Below are positions 1-13,974 of a stretch of DNA of 64,000 bases, piece by piece (positions within the stretch are counted from its first letter, which is position 1; every line of letters starts with the position of its first letter). A program made the position numbers and the translations under genes. The notes under the pieces were generated by a model. The model saw nothing but the letters and a program-made list of their open reading frames with translations, did not search any database and was not told the DNA's origin. Source of the DNA: Octopus vulgaris (Eukaryota); contig OX597815.1 in assembly GCA_951406725.2 (NCBI GenBank), positions 138,384,001 to 138,448,000 of the forward strand. The letters are read 5' to 3'.

Positions 1-36
1 ACTTCAGGTTTACGTGAAATATTTTGTATAATATAT

Positions 37-41
37 CTCTC

Positions 42-125
<84 letters not shown>
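37..125. repeat. Compound microsatellite (CT)n(AT)n(GT)n
   Basis: Directly visible. Confidence 0.95.
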
Positions 126-128
<3 letters not shown>

Positions 129-1344
129 TTGTGTTCAACAACCAGCATGTGTATATGCATTGAATATCATTCAGAAGTAGTTGGTATAGACTGAGAATAC
201 TCTCATTGTTTCTTTAAAATGTATTTAAAATATGCTTTTACATGAATAGACTAATTACAAGATCATGAAACGATATTATTAGTTTAAATAAAATTCAGTT
301 AATAATTTATACAGGCGCATTTATGCAGTTTAACATGTCCTACTATAAGGTACACAAAAATGGCAAGTTAATTGTTTTTTCAATAAGCATTACTAATTAT
401 CAAAACTTGTTTAAACTAGGGTTGGAAAACACAACCCTGATTCTAAAACTTGCTCGTTAGTCCTCGGCATTATCAACAATAGCCTATATAAAGAAACATG
501 TAGTAAAATACTAAAACATTTAATGAGTTTGTTAGTTCAAGGCAGGAGAAAAAGTCTTCGTTTGAGCATTAAGATTATTGCTTCTCGAACCGTACATAAA
601 AGAAAATATTCGTTAGATCATAAAATGAGTTTTAAATTACCGTCAAAGACGAGCTCTTAGAAGAACATTAAGGAACCAGATAGAATTTAGGGATAGTTTT
701 CTTTTTATGTTATACTATTGTCTAATGTCGTCGACAGAGTAATCTTTGGCTGAAAACCATATTATCAGGAAACTAAATCTTGTATTAATGGGGTATAAAA
801 GAGAACAAAAACTGGTAATTGTGAGGAGGGGGTAAAACTATATAGAATATCAATATTTGTGCAAGCTATTACTCTTTATATAAATTTGACCTGAGGTGTA
901 GGGAAATTACATGGATAGAGCACAAAGTTGTTTGCTTGTCTAATCTTTTCGGTTCATATTATTTGGAAGCACAGAACACTGCTTAAACTGTATATAGTAT
1001 TAAAGCAATTTGACAAAAAATATATTGAGTTAAAACTGTGAGGAAATTGTAACAGCAACCTTAGAAATCTGGCTTGTTATACATAGTTTTCGTGAGACCT
1101 CCATTGACTTTGTAGGCGAGCATAAAAAGTTTTTCTCATTCCATTCCTGTTGAGAGGAAATTGATTTTTTTAGAGAAATGATCCAATCCTTACATCGTTT
1201 TGTGTAGAAATTAACGTTTCAGTAATTAATAATGTCTGTCAAGTTGTAACAAAAACCGTATGCCACCGCATTTAATTCCTTACGATACTTAATTTCATTT
1301 TAATTTCAAGTTCAAATCTATCCGGTTTTCACATTACATTTATT

Positions 1345-1515
1345 ATCAGACTGCGGCTATCCTGGGGCATCGCCTTGAAAAATTTTATTCGAAAGAATTG
1401 ACTCCAGTGCTTATATCATTAAAGCCGCATACATATTCTATCAGCCTCTTTTGCTGAACCACAAAGTTACAGGTATGTAAACTTACCTGCACCGATTGTC
1501 AAGATGTAGTGACAG
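1345..1515 (-). mobile_element. Decayed 3' part of tRNA/CORE-type SINE (family B)
   Basis: Diverged match to 25865-26030 and 63636-63810 (ctgcggctatcctggggcatcgcc...ctcttttgctgaacc...accgattgtcaag). Confidence 0.7.
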
Positions 1516-1536
1516 ACATACATACATGCATATATG

Positions 1537-2520
1537 CTTACTGCTGTTGCTTCATGCTTTAGCTTGATGGGGCTGGGGTCATTCCAGGTTAGCAGTCCCA
1601 GAGACGTCATCATGCGTATAACCAATCTGGTCCACCAGTGCTCCATCGCTGGTGGTCCCGTGCATCATCCAAGGTGACTTCAAGTTTCTGGAGCACTTCC
1701 CCAATCATGTCCAGCCATCTGGTGCGGGGCCTGCCACAAGGCCTCTTTCAGCCTGCAGCTGCTACTTCGAATGAGATTAAAACCCTGGTAGGATGATCTA
1801 ACGGGAGATGGAGGACATGTCTGTACCAGCGCATCCGACAGGTGGGAGGCTGCAGGCAGATACGTGCGTGCATGTAATTCTTTGTTGGAAATGTAATGGT
1901 ACCACCTGATGCTCTCGATGGTTCTCAGGGCTCTGTTATCGAAATCGTTGATTCTTTTTGCCAGTGTTTTCGGGAGTGGCCAAGTTTCTGTTCCATAGAA
2001 AAGAATAGAGAAGGCCGATGCTTTGCAGATGCGGAGCTTCGTCTTCCGGCAGATAGAGCACTGGCAGCAATAGGGCTTCCATGGGAAGTACATGATCCCG
2101 GTGGCCAGATTATATATATAAATGGAGCCCATGTTGGTGAAGTATTTACGGCATCAGGGCCAATATGGAGAGGAGAGGGTCGGGCCATCTCCGACATGCA
2201 TCAACTTGGTCTTCGCCAAACTCACTCTAAGACCAAGCTTTGCTGATTCTTCTCTGTATATGATCAGTGAATCCCTGAGGTGCTTGATCGAGTTGCTGAA
2301 TAGGGTGGTATCATTTGCATACTCGAGGTCGGTAACGCGGTTGTTCCCGAAGGTAACACCAGAGACGTGCTTACATCAGATAATCGATGACACAGGTGAA
2401 GACACAGGTGAAGAGTTCGGGAGCGGTTACGCAGCCCTGGCTGACTCCACTGTTGAATCCTGTTGAATCCAGTCAGAATTCTTTTCGTATATCTGCACGC
2501 AGCTCTCGGCACTGCTATAG
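1537..2520 (-). mobile_element. 5'-truncated RTE-clade LINE, RT remnant with frameshifts
   Basis: Minus strand gives SGVSQGCVTAPELF (~2455-2413), TDLEYAND (YADD-like, ~2333-2310) and KTKLRICKASAFSILFYGTETW (ORF 1680-2132). Confidence 0.85.
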
Positions 2521-2663
2521 AGAGGGACGTGTGATCGACTACGTATCCTACTGGAGAAATATGCATTCATGCATACATACATACATACATACATAAATAC
2601 ATACATACATACATAAATACACACACACACACAGACACACACAGACACACACACACAAGTATA

Positions 2664-3330
2664 CAAGAGGAAGTCGAAAATTATCCGCACTTTCGCCATA
2701 ACATATCTTTATTATTGTCGTAATGCCTTCTGCTCATGCGTGCTTATAGTTGGTACTGTTACGGTCACGTGATCGACGTTCGAGCCTACTGGAGAAATGT
2801 GCATTCATGCATACATACATACATACATACATACATACATACATACATACATACATACATAAATACACACACCGCCCGAGAAGAACAAAAAGCAGTAATC
2901 TGAGAGATGGTAATGGTAAACCGATTCACCATTACTATCTCTCGCGTGCTGAATCTTCTCGTCAGTGGTGGAGGTTGACAGGCGTACTACTCGCTCTTCG
3001 CGCGCCACGCTTGTCCAGCCAGTTTTAAATTTCTCGATCCACTAATACACACTTCTACTCGGTAGTGCACTGCCCACGTATTGTGGTAAAAGCCTCCGAT
3101 GAATTTCAGCACCTGACACACCTTCCGATCAGAGAAATCAGATCACTAGTGGAGTGGCTATGCTTACACTGTAAAGCCAGAAAGGAAAATGGCGCAATGA
3201 GGCTCAAACTTCGATCACGTGACCACAATAGTACCAACTATAAGCACGCAGTGGCGCAGAAGGCAGTGTGACAATAATGGTAATAAAGATGTCACGGCGA
3301 AAGTGCGGATAATCTTTGACTTCTCCCCCC

Positions 3331-3331
<1 letters not shown>
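2664..3331. mobile_element. Mariner-derived inverted structure made of two convergent transposon 5' ends
   Basis: TA-CAAGAGGAAGTCGAAAATTATCCGCACT at 2662 is inverse to AGTGCGGATAATCTTTGACTTCTCCCCCC at ~3302-3330. Minus strand 3150-2930 encodes a mariner N-terminal HTH (EGVSGAEIHRRLLPQYVGSALPSRSVY*WIEKFKTGWTSV). Plus strand gives LLEKCA...REEQKAVI split by (CATA)n. Confidence 0.8.
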
Positions 3332-3777
<446 letters not shown>

Positions 3778-3969
3778 TGATTTTAAGACACGAAGATCTA
3801 AGTGTAGGAGGTTTGTCAGCTTCGAATAGTCCGTGGTAGGTCGAAGGTTGTAGCCTTTCCCATATCGAAGTTCTATATGCCAAGAAAAACTCTTATAGCT
3901 CAAGGTTAGCTACTAGAGTTGCTATGAATGCGATTAAAAGTCCAAACTGAAAGAGTGGAATGAATGAAA

Positions 3970-4059
3970 TTCAAGCTAAATATGTTTCGTAGCTGGCAGA
4001 TTCTCTGATGCAATAATTACTCAACGAGGGGTATTCTGCTAGCATCTCATCAGGCCGAA
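3970..4059 (-). ncRNA. Type I hammerhead-like motif (decayed) in a short element at 3778-4120
   Basis: Minus strand: ttcggc CTGATGA gatgctagcaga...tctgccagctac GAAA CATAT T TA gcttgaa. Helices I and II are complementary; G16.2 appears mutated. Confidence 0.65.
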
Positions 4060-4584
4060 GGTACCTTAATTATATGAAGGTTACATTGTCGTTAAGGAAT
4101 CCCATGTTAACTCACCGTAGATACACACACACACACACATGCAGTCTTGAACGTGCAGTTGCGGATACATTTTTATTTTTTACACATAACTGGCAATCCA
4201 TTCTGTCGTTACCCAGAATCTATCACTTGGCATTCTCTTCAGTCATAATAGCAACAAAGTGAAGGAGTAACTTCCATTGAGCACAGTAATGTATTGTTTT
4301 CCAACAGCACATGTCATCTAAATATAGTAATATATTAATTTCATACTTCTTTTGTTTGAAGACTTCGGGTCACATAAATACATACATTAATATGTGTGTG
4401 TATATGTGCATATGTATATGCATGTGTGTGTGGGAGAGTGTGTATGTATGTGTATGATGGCGAGAAAGAGAGTGCAAAGTACAGTTAAGCTTGAAAACAA
4501 GAAATCTTGTGTTTCTAGAATATAGTATTCTTGTGAGACTTGATATTTGTTAAGGATCATCGTTTTCCTTCTATAAAATGCAGT

Positions 4585-4707
4585 ATCCATCGATCCATTG
4601 ATCGATCGATCGATTCATTCATCCATCCATCTACCCAAACACCCACCCACCCAAAACCCATCCATCCATCCATCCATCCATCCATCCATCCATCCATCCA
4701 TCCATCC

Positions 4708-4763
<56 letters not shown>

Positions 4764-4797
4764 GTCTGTATGTCTATCTATCTATCTGTCTGCCTGC

Positions 4798-4883
<86 letters not shown>

Positions 4884-4897
4884 GTTTGTCTGTCTGT
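4585..4897. repeat. Tetranucleotide array (ATCC)n-(ATCT)n-(GTCT)n-(ATCT)n
   Basis: Directly visible. Confidence 0.95.
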
Positions 4898-5759
4898 ATG
4901 TCTCACTTCTTCCGGTATTTTATAGTTACCGAATTTTCGTTGTAGAATTTATATTCCACTGTTGCACCTATTTTACTGCATTTGACAATTAAACAGATTG
5001 GACATAAATCACAGTAGCAGGATAAAAATATTGACTGTTAATGTCTCAGTTGCTTGTTCTGGTAGTTTATCGATATAATCATCTATACTTTGACTGTCGT
5101 TCTTTGATTATAATTGATTCCCATCTAGATTAACCACATTTCCTCAATTTATTATCGTTGTGCAGTAATGATATTAAACACTAAAGGAAGCCTGCGTATC
5201 CTACTTAGTAATGAAATCACAGGGTAATAAAATGGTTTCTTATTACTGATGTTAAAAACTTCAATTGAAATTTAATATTTCAAAGTACATGGTTGAACCT
5301 ACATTCATTGGGAAGAAATAACATTCTAATTTCTGGAGTAAACAATAAGAAATTTTCCGAAATTATTTCAAGATACTCAAAGTAATAAACAACATAAGCT
5401 GTGACAGAGTAAGACTGACTAATAAAGTTGCAACATGATCATTAAGAGGAGAATTAATGTAGTTTCGAAGCAAACTCTGTGATATGGTAAACATAGAAAC
5501 GTGCTTAATGATTTCAGTTTTGCGTTTCTGGTTTTTGAATAAAGATCTTGCCAAAAAGGACTTTGTCTGTCATGACTCTTTAGAGTATGAAGTATTTCTG
5601 TCACATTGAAATAAACTGTCGTTACGACGAACCCCATGACAAGGAAACATTATTTATAACTATCCCTCTTCCAGCGATTTTCAGTCAGTAGGAGAAACGC
5701 TGAGATTCTAACAATCCTAACAATTACGGTTGTAGCATTAAAATAGTAGCAATACCAAA

Positions 5760-6740
5760 GACACCAAGACCAAATTTAATAACAGGCTGAAGTCACTTGA
5801 TAAAAGCCAGTTATTTAGAAAGTTCAAAGTATAGTGCTTCCAGTATGGCATCATAATCAGACTGGAACGACCATTTTGCTTAATGATTTTAATATGATTC
5901 GGCTGGAGGCAATGGAGAAGCTGTGCAGTAAATTCGTGCGAATGTGGTTGGGTGTTGTCGCAACTTTTAGCTCCGCTAATCGGTACAGGAAAATCTTTAA
6001 GCTCCACCTAACAATTTCATTAGCGTGGACGAGTTCAAGACCACCAAGAGAAGAGGTATCAGCTTCTATCTCAGGTTAAGAGACTGATACATACCAAAAA
6101 GGCTATAAATTGCGAAAGAAAGTGAAGCCTTAGGAAGCTGTGAAGGAAGTGGAAACATATTGGATGCACCAGAAGATTGTTGGAGTGCCTTGTGAAGCAC
6201 AGCTAGGGCTTTGTAACAACAGTGTCAAGGAGTGGTAATTAAACACCATGGCAAAGAGTAAGAGAGAGAGAGAGAGAGCTCATAGCGCAAAGGATCTGCG
6301 AATCAATAGCGGAAGATCGCTGTATGAAGACAGTAGTGCTTGCCTATCAGGGACAATGGATATAGCGGGACCAGACACTAGAACGCCCACTGTCCTGGAG
6401 AGAACTCTGGAGTACTGACTAGAGAAAAGTATCCTTCCTCCTGCATGCAGTCGCTAACTACTTGCCAACCTGAATCAACATTTAAAAACGGGGCAAAGAG
6501 GATGACTCATCCTGCAAGAAGTATGAAACAACTTTCTGCGTCCTGAACCACATTTTGTGCAGGTGTACTAGAACATTGGGAATGGGTCGACAAGGTCCTT
6601 GTAGAAGTCATCAAATAGACAAACATGCAAAGAGTTAAGGCTAATAAACAACATCCACCACGACCCAAGGGTATCAAATTCCCAAGGGGAGTGATATGGC
6701 TCTTAAAACGAAAACAGCAGCAGGGAACCCATTTTCTATT
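5760..6740 (+). mobile_element. Decayed Hero-like (RLE-bearing) non-LTR retrotransposon fragment
   Basis: LKSLDKSQLFRKFKV*CFQYGII, LEAMEKLCSKFVRMWLGV, EAVKEVETYWMHQKIVGVPCEAQLGL, QGQWI*RDQTLERPLSWRELW...VSFLLHAVANYLPT resemble Hero post-RT motifs as recalled. Confidence 0.7.
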
Positions 6741-7239
6741 TTGTATCGAAACTCAAACCGGGAGATGAAAGTGGACCTGAATGGTGGACTTGTCTTCTCA
6801 GGGAAGGTTGCTGTAACATCACTCCGTTGTTTATTTCACCCATATGAATGAAATAAACATCACTTCGTTGTTTCACCCACATGGATGGAATAGAATTAGC
6901 CGTTGACATACATTGGAGGCTAATGCAGAAATGAAACACAAAGTACTACGAATAGAAAAACATACCATAAAGGTTACACTTTTCTTTGAATATATATACG
7001 AAACATAGTTGAGGAAACAAGCTACCATAAACGATTTTACAATAATATCGATTCAAAATAATTTCCTGGTGTAAAAATGATCAAAGTATGCTAACAACAA
7101 CTAACATATAGAATAGGATATAAGAAGAATCTAACGCCAAAGTGTTTAAATATACATTAATACATAAACAAACTAACACATAGTTTCTTGCATTTGCAAA
7201 ACGAGTAAAGGATAATGCTGTATATGGTGATAAATGATA

Positions 7240-7436
7240 TCTAATATATAAAATAGACCTGTCTGTGTGCGTGTGTGTATTCGCTTTTCGCACGAAAACG
7301 GCTGTGCGATTTCGTTCCATAATTAGGATGCCTGAACAAGTTGACCTCGGATACATAATAGGGTCTTAATTTGGTTTTTTGTTTACTAAAAATAAATAAT
7401 ATTGCTTTATATATATGATTCACTTCAGCTAGCTAG
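7240..7436 (+). mobile_element. Possible non-autonomous Helitron remnant
   Basis: A|TCTAATATATAAAA start, then a (GT)-rich stretch; ends near CAGCTAGCTAG; no clear 3' hairpin. Confidence 0.3.
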
Positions 7437-7474
7437 ATGCACATGTGTATGTCTGACGTAGCAGCTGTGGATGC

Positions 7475-7572
<98 letters not shown>

Positions 7573-7624
7573 CTCTCTCTCTCTCTCACACACACAAAAC
7601 ATACACACACATGTACGTATACAA

Positions 7625-8285
<661 letters not shown>

Positions 8286-8424
8286 CATATCGATTTCTGG
8301 TACCAATAAAATTAATGCAGCTGCTTTCATTGTCTATAATCTTCTGCATTTCTGTATCCGTAAATACCATGCCTAAAAGAGGATGTCAAATTTGTCTCCA
8401 GTTTCAATCTAAACTACTCAGAGT

Positions 8425-9960
8425 GTAAATGTCTAAAGCTTCTGTTACACTATGTCAAAGAACCCACGTCAGTTACTGCCTTAAGTGCGGTCGACAACAC
8501 AGTATGTCTGACATAACACCAGGCTTGCCATCTCAGAGATCTTCTGGAAGATGATGCACACTGGGATGCTACTCTGAGAGAAGCACAAATGTGCAAGTCT
8601 CCTATAAATCTGAGAAACTTGTTCTCCATAATGCTGGTGAACTGTGGATTGTCAAATCCGAAACAACTTTGGTACAAATACAAGGAGGAGCCTTGTGAAG
8701 ACATTCTTCAAAGAATTCAGTATCAGTATGAGGGCGATGTCAATGAAGCATTAAGATCAATAGGGGACAAGGTTCAATCACTGGGTGGGGACAAACTTGA
8801 ACTCTATGGTCGTCCAGCTCTTGTCAGAGATGTTCAACACAGATTAGTACAAGAGCTAATCAGGGAAACATTATACAGCATGGAAAGTTTGCAAGCAGTT
8901 TCAATGAGAAGGAACCACTTCTGGTACAGGATCAAAAGGAAGTATACTGACAAGTTCTGACGTCTGTTAACAATGACACTGGTGGGTTATTCTTCTTAGA
9001 TGCCCCTGGAGACACAAAAATGACATAATTGATAGACCTGCTCTAACCTCAAGGTTAAAAAGAAGAAAATTGCATTGGCTGTTGCATCCTCTGGAATTGC
9101 AGCCACACTCCTAACAGGTGGAAGAACATCCCATTCAATATTCAAGCTGCCTCTGAACCTGATCCAAAATGAATCACCATTACGCAGCATATTTAATAAT
9201 AGAGCGTTAGCAAAACTCCTTACATATGCCAAACTCATTGTCTGGGATGAAGCAACAATGCCCCACAAAACAGCCTTTGAAGCTCTTGATAGAACACTAC
9301 GAGACTTCAGAAACCTTTCTCATGGCTGTTGACTTCAGGCAAACTCTGCCTGTCGTTCCCAGAGGAACAAAGGGAGATGAGCTGAGAGCTTGCATCAAAT
9401 CCTCATATCTGTGAAAGAACAATTCAAGGACCAAGGAATGATGCTGTTGACAAGCTGAATCTAAACTTGTCTCTTCTTTCAGGAACTGAATGTTCATACG
9501 GATCAATTGACTCTGTCTCTGATAAAGAACAAGGAACACATTACCCAGTGAAGCTCATCAAACCACCCAGGATTTCTGCCACACATTTTGATCATGAAAA
9601 CAGGTGCTCCCATAATGCTGTCCAGAAAACTTGATGCATCCAGACTCTACAATGGAACAAGGCTGGTTGTTAAAACAGCCAGGCCCCATGTGTTGGAAGC
9701 AACAATAATTACAGGCAACATGATGTGTGAGAGTGTCTTCATTCCAAAGATCCTTCTCATCTGAAATGATCTTCCCTTTCAGTTGAAGAGACTGCAGTTT
9801 CCTGTCAAACTGAGCTTTGCAATATCTATCAACAAAGCACAAGGTCAATCTCTAAAGGTGGTGGTACTTAACCTCCTTCAACCATGCTTCTCACATAGTG
9901 AGCTGTCTGTTGGATATTCTAGATGAAAAGAACTTCTACATTCTCAAAGATAAACATGGC
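8425..9960 (+). pseudogene. Helitron Rep-helicase, PIF1-like helicase region; frameshifted and internally deleted
   Basis: LLEDDAHWDATLREA, LRNLFSIMLVNC, FFLDAPG (Walker A damaged), AVASSGIAATLLTGGRTSHSIFKLPLNL, LIVWDEATM, DFRQTLPVVPRGT, LYNGTRL, RLQFPVKLSFAISINKAQGQSL. Confidence 0.93.
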
Positions 9961-11378
9961 AAGACAGAAACCGGGTCCTTCTGTTTGTATACGCATAAAT
10001 TACAATACTTGAATATCAATTACTGAATTTTTTTTATGTATGAATATATGTACGCAAGTATGTATGCATGCTGCTCGCTTGTATATTTTCGCTTTTGGGT
10101 GTTGATTGATTAATGTATCAGTTCAACAATACCAATCTCTCAGACTGTCTCACTTCCTGCCAGTGTAATTATTTTGTTTAAATTTTCATAACGCGGTGTA
10201 TACACTGGAAATAGCAATTTGTATGAAAAATTAATGACCTTCTTAAAGTTACAAAAAATAATTAACAATTAAAAAGTTCCACGAAGAAACATTGATCCTG
10301 AGGCGAAAAATGAAAATATAGAAATGAGAAAAGTTGAAGCTGTTCAGGACTGCAAACAAAATTAAAGATTAAAAACTACTGAATTGTAAATCTATTTTTT
10401 CTTCATATACTTTCAGCTGTAAGAAGACCAATTCAAGTTATTGGCCATGCATGAAGTCTGTGTCTGTAAAAGCTCTATAGGAAAACGAAGAATGATTTTA
10501 TCCCGCAGACACTAAATAAATGCATAAAAGTAAAAAAAAAAAAAATAGATAGTTCTAGTAAGAATTAAAAAAGAACTAAAAATGTTACGGTGAGATAAAC
10601 TGAAAATGTATATATTATTAAAATACAAATCTTATCTTGAAATGAATGAAAATATTGAAGTGGAAACTTGAAACTTCACCAAAACTAGTTTGCCAGGGGA
10701 TTGTCTACATGACAAAGTAAAAAGAGAAATAGAAAAAATAAACATCATGTAGAAAGGTATGGATTAAACGAAGACAGCAGTGTGGCGAAGAAGCGAGATG
10801 AAATATGTATAACATGTTTAAAATACATTGTCATTAAAAAGTTTGGTTTCAGAGAGTTGGTTAACACATCGCTTAATATTTTAACAGAAATGTTACTGAT
10901 TTTACGAGACCCGACTGTATCATGGAAGAAAGTAGTTAAAGGTCTGGAAGAAAAGAGCAAATTTTACAAGACACGTAGCACACTAATTCATATACCAAAG
11001 CATAGCGTCGCGACAATGTTAAGAGTAATGGCTGCCTAACCATAGCCAAGGTAGCATGCTATAATTCTGAAATACGGAAGAAGATAATAGATTGCAAAAA
11101 CAAAACATGATGATATTTCTTAGAGAACATGTAAATTAGAAAATTGTGGGTGATCTGAATGTATAAATGGCCTTTGAAAACTTAACTATTAAATTAAAAT
11201 GTGGTCATCATCACATTTGTAATTTATAATAATTTCAGTAAATGCAAAAAAAAAAAAAAAAAACGAAACAAAAAAATAAAATAAAACGAAAAGGCAGATT
11301 AGAATTTGGAGAGATTTGAAACAGATGATATACTGCAGTAACAATTCTGACTATCTGCACGTTCATTTGCAATCACAC

Positions 11379-11413
<35 letters not shown>

Positions 11414-11415
11414 TG

Positions 11416-11751
11416 TGAAGGCGTGTAGCTTAGTGGTTAGGGCATTCAGCTTACGATCGTAAGGTCGTGACTTCAATTCCCGGCAACGCGTTGTCCCCTT
11501 GAACAAGACACTTTATTTCTCCGTTGCTCCAGTCCACTCAGCTGGCAAAAATGAGCAGTACCTGTATTTCAAAGGGCCAGCCTTGTTACACTCTTTGTCA
11601 CACTGAATCTCCCTGAGAATTGCGTTAAGGGTACACGTGTCTGTGGAGTGCTCAGCCACTTGCACGTTAATTTCACGAGCGAGCTGTTCCGTTGATCGTA
11701 TCAGCTGGGACCGTCATTGTCGTAACCGATGGAGTGCTCCTTTAAAAAAAA
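11416..11751 (+). mobile_element. Full-length tRNA-derived CORE-type SINE (family C) inside a (TAC)n tract
   Basis: A box tagcttagtgg, B-box-like gacttcaattcc, CORE-like ccttgaacaagacactttatttc, A-tail; (CTA)n on both flanks. Confidence 0.85.
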
Positions 11752-11809
<58 letters not shown>

Positions 11810-11828
11810 GCTTCTGCTGCTGCTACTG

Positions 11829-11869
<41 letters not shown>

Positions 11870-11882
11870 GCTTCTGCTGCTG

Positions 11883-11971
<89 letters not shown>
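11752..11971. repeat. (TAC)n array with a GCTTCTGCTGCTGC interruption repeated at 60-bp spacing
   Basis: Directly visible; source of the poly-L/V/T ORFs. Confidence 0.97.
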
Positions 11972-11972
<1 letters not shown>

Positions 11973-12254
11973 TTTTATTGGTCAAAAGATTCGTGAAAAA
12001 CATTAGGACAAGAGAAAGACTAGGATAGTGGGGATTTATGTAAACGTGTGAACAATAACACAACAATTAACAAGAAATAGTCAAACAAAATTCCAAAATA
12101 GAGGGGACTATCATTTGTTGGTGGCCAAGAAGATCTCACAGATCCTGGGTTACATCGAATGCAAAGGTTACCTTTATGTTATCTCCCGTGCTTAATGTAG
12201 GCCTACCACATCTACGAAGCATTTTCTTCTCAATCTACACTTTCCCTTTCAAGT

Positions 12255-12413
12255 TATATCGATCTTAGTACTCAGCTAGTGTATATTTTATCGACCTCGA
12301 ATGATGAGAGGTATAGTTAACTTTAGCGGAATTTGAACTGATAACTTAATTAGTGGGAAAAAATACTGCAAGCATTTTGTGCGACGTACAAATAATTCTA
12401 CCAGCTCGCTGCC

Positions 12414-12484
<71 letters not shown>

Positions 12485-12610
12485 TGTCCTTTCTTCTAAA
12501 GGTGCAAGGCATGATATTTTGGGGGATGGGACTAGTCGATTACATCGATCCCAGCGTTTCACAGGTACTTAATTTATCGACCCCAAAAAGATGAAAAGGA
12601 AAATCGTGGA
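12255..12610 (-). mobile_element. Two decayed family-A SINE pieces separated by (TAA)n
   Basis: ttatcgacc...gcggaatttgaact...ccagctcgctgcc and tagtcgattacatcgatcccag...ggtacttaatttatcgacccc. Confidence 0.75.
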
Positions 12611-12619
12611 ATTCTTTTG

Positions 12620-13800
12620 TTGCTCAATGACAAATACCATGTAAATGCTAAATCAAATTTACCGGACGAGAAGATATGAGAAAATGATAGAAATGATGGA
12701 TTTGATTATCTGGGAGTCTTGGAAGCTGATCGTTTAAAGGAAAAAATACAAGATAAAGTCAGGAAAGAATATTTCTGAAGGTTAGTAACAATACTGAAAT
12801 CTGAACTCAGTGGTATTATTGTCATCACTGTCATCAACCCAAAGGCCCTATCCATCAATAGGCATAACACTAAAATAATAAAATAGTAAAAGGAAGACCT
12901 TGAGAACGTAGATAGTAAAGTAAAGAGTAACTGATTACAGGATCAGACATCCACAGGCAGATGTTGACGGATTGTACTTCGGCAGAACTGACGGAGGAAA
13001 AGGGTTGATAAGTCTGTCTGGAAATCTGTGTGAAAGAAAAGTTAAGGAAGCGATGGGCGCTTTTAATAGTTGTAAGAAGCGAGGATATGTTAACTAAAGG
13101 AAAAGTGAATGAAGTTCCCGGAGCTAGAAGCAACCTTGCGAACAGAAATGTTTATACGGAAAGTTTTTCAAATAAGTGAAGGGTATCAATAACGAAAGAT
13201 ATTTCACTGATTAAGGAAGGGAATGTTAAAGAAAGATATTGAACGTTTGATTCTTGCTGCACAAAATTTAGCTAAAAGAGAAGGATACATCAAGAAGTTC
13301 ATAATTCAGGAAAAAATCAGCTTAATGTAGATTGTACAATGAAAGTGAAGAGACGGCTCTGCATATATAGTCCCTGAATGTAAAAATGCTTTCGTAGAGC
13401 GTCTTTAAGAACTGGAAACATGATGAAATTGATAGAAACACACAGTGGCCAATCTATAAAAATGATTTATTTCAACATATGGAAAATGGTATGACCACAA
13501 ATCAGAACACAACCGTGACAGTGACTATATATAAGACCTCAAACGGACTAACAAACAGAACATTCATGTCTAGATAGTGCCGTACTCAATAAAGATGTGT
13601 TGCTTACTTGATGTTACTGCCGGTTTGATATAAGAGTTGTAGGAAAAGAACGTGAAAAAATAGAAAAAAACCCAGGAAGTGAATTATGAACTTCAAAGAA
13701 TCTAAAATTACTTTTGGTATTATCTCATTTATAAGGGGAGCCATTGGAGGTGGCAAGAATTTTGAATTGTTGGTTGAAGATGTTGTAAATCGAGATGAAG
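12620..13800 (+). mobile_element. Decayed R4/Dong-like non-LTR retrotransposon (RT C-terminus to RLE)
   Basis: GFDYLGVLEADRLKEKIQDKVRKEYF*RLVTILKSELSG; HPQADVDGLYFGRTDGGKGLISL; LKKDIERLILAAQ. Confidence 0.8.
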
Positions 13801-13974
13801 TTCCTGTATGAACAATGTCTATTTGCTTGGCATAAAAAAAGAATATAAGGAAGGTGAAACACAACGAATTTGTACAACGCAATTGGATATCCAACAATCT
13901 CATACAGGCAGAACAACGACGAGGTGCGGAGTGAACGAACAACAACAACAACAACAATAATAATAATAATAAAT

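Noticed and set aside
10395-11040. Acceptor-like tttcag at ~10416 and the 85-aa ORF 10782-11039
   Set aside because: Stops in all frames after the acceptor; no recognisable motif in the ORF.
11420-11490. tRNA gene (also considered at 17585-17645)
   Set aside because: A and B boxes run directly into SINE body sequence; no complete cloverleaf.
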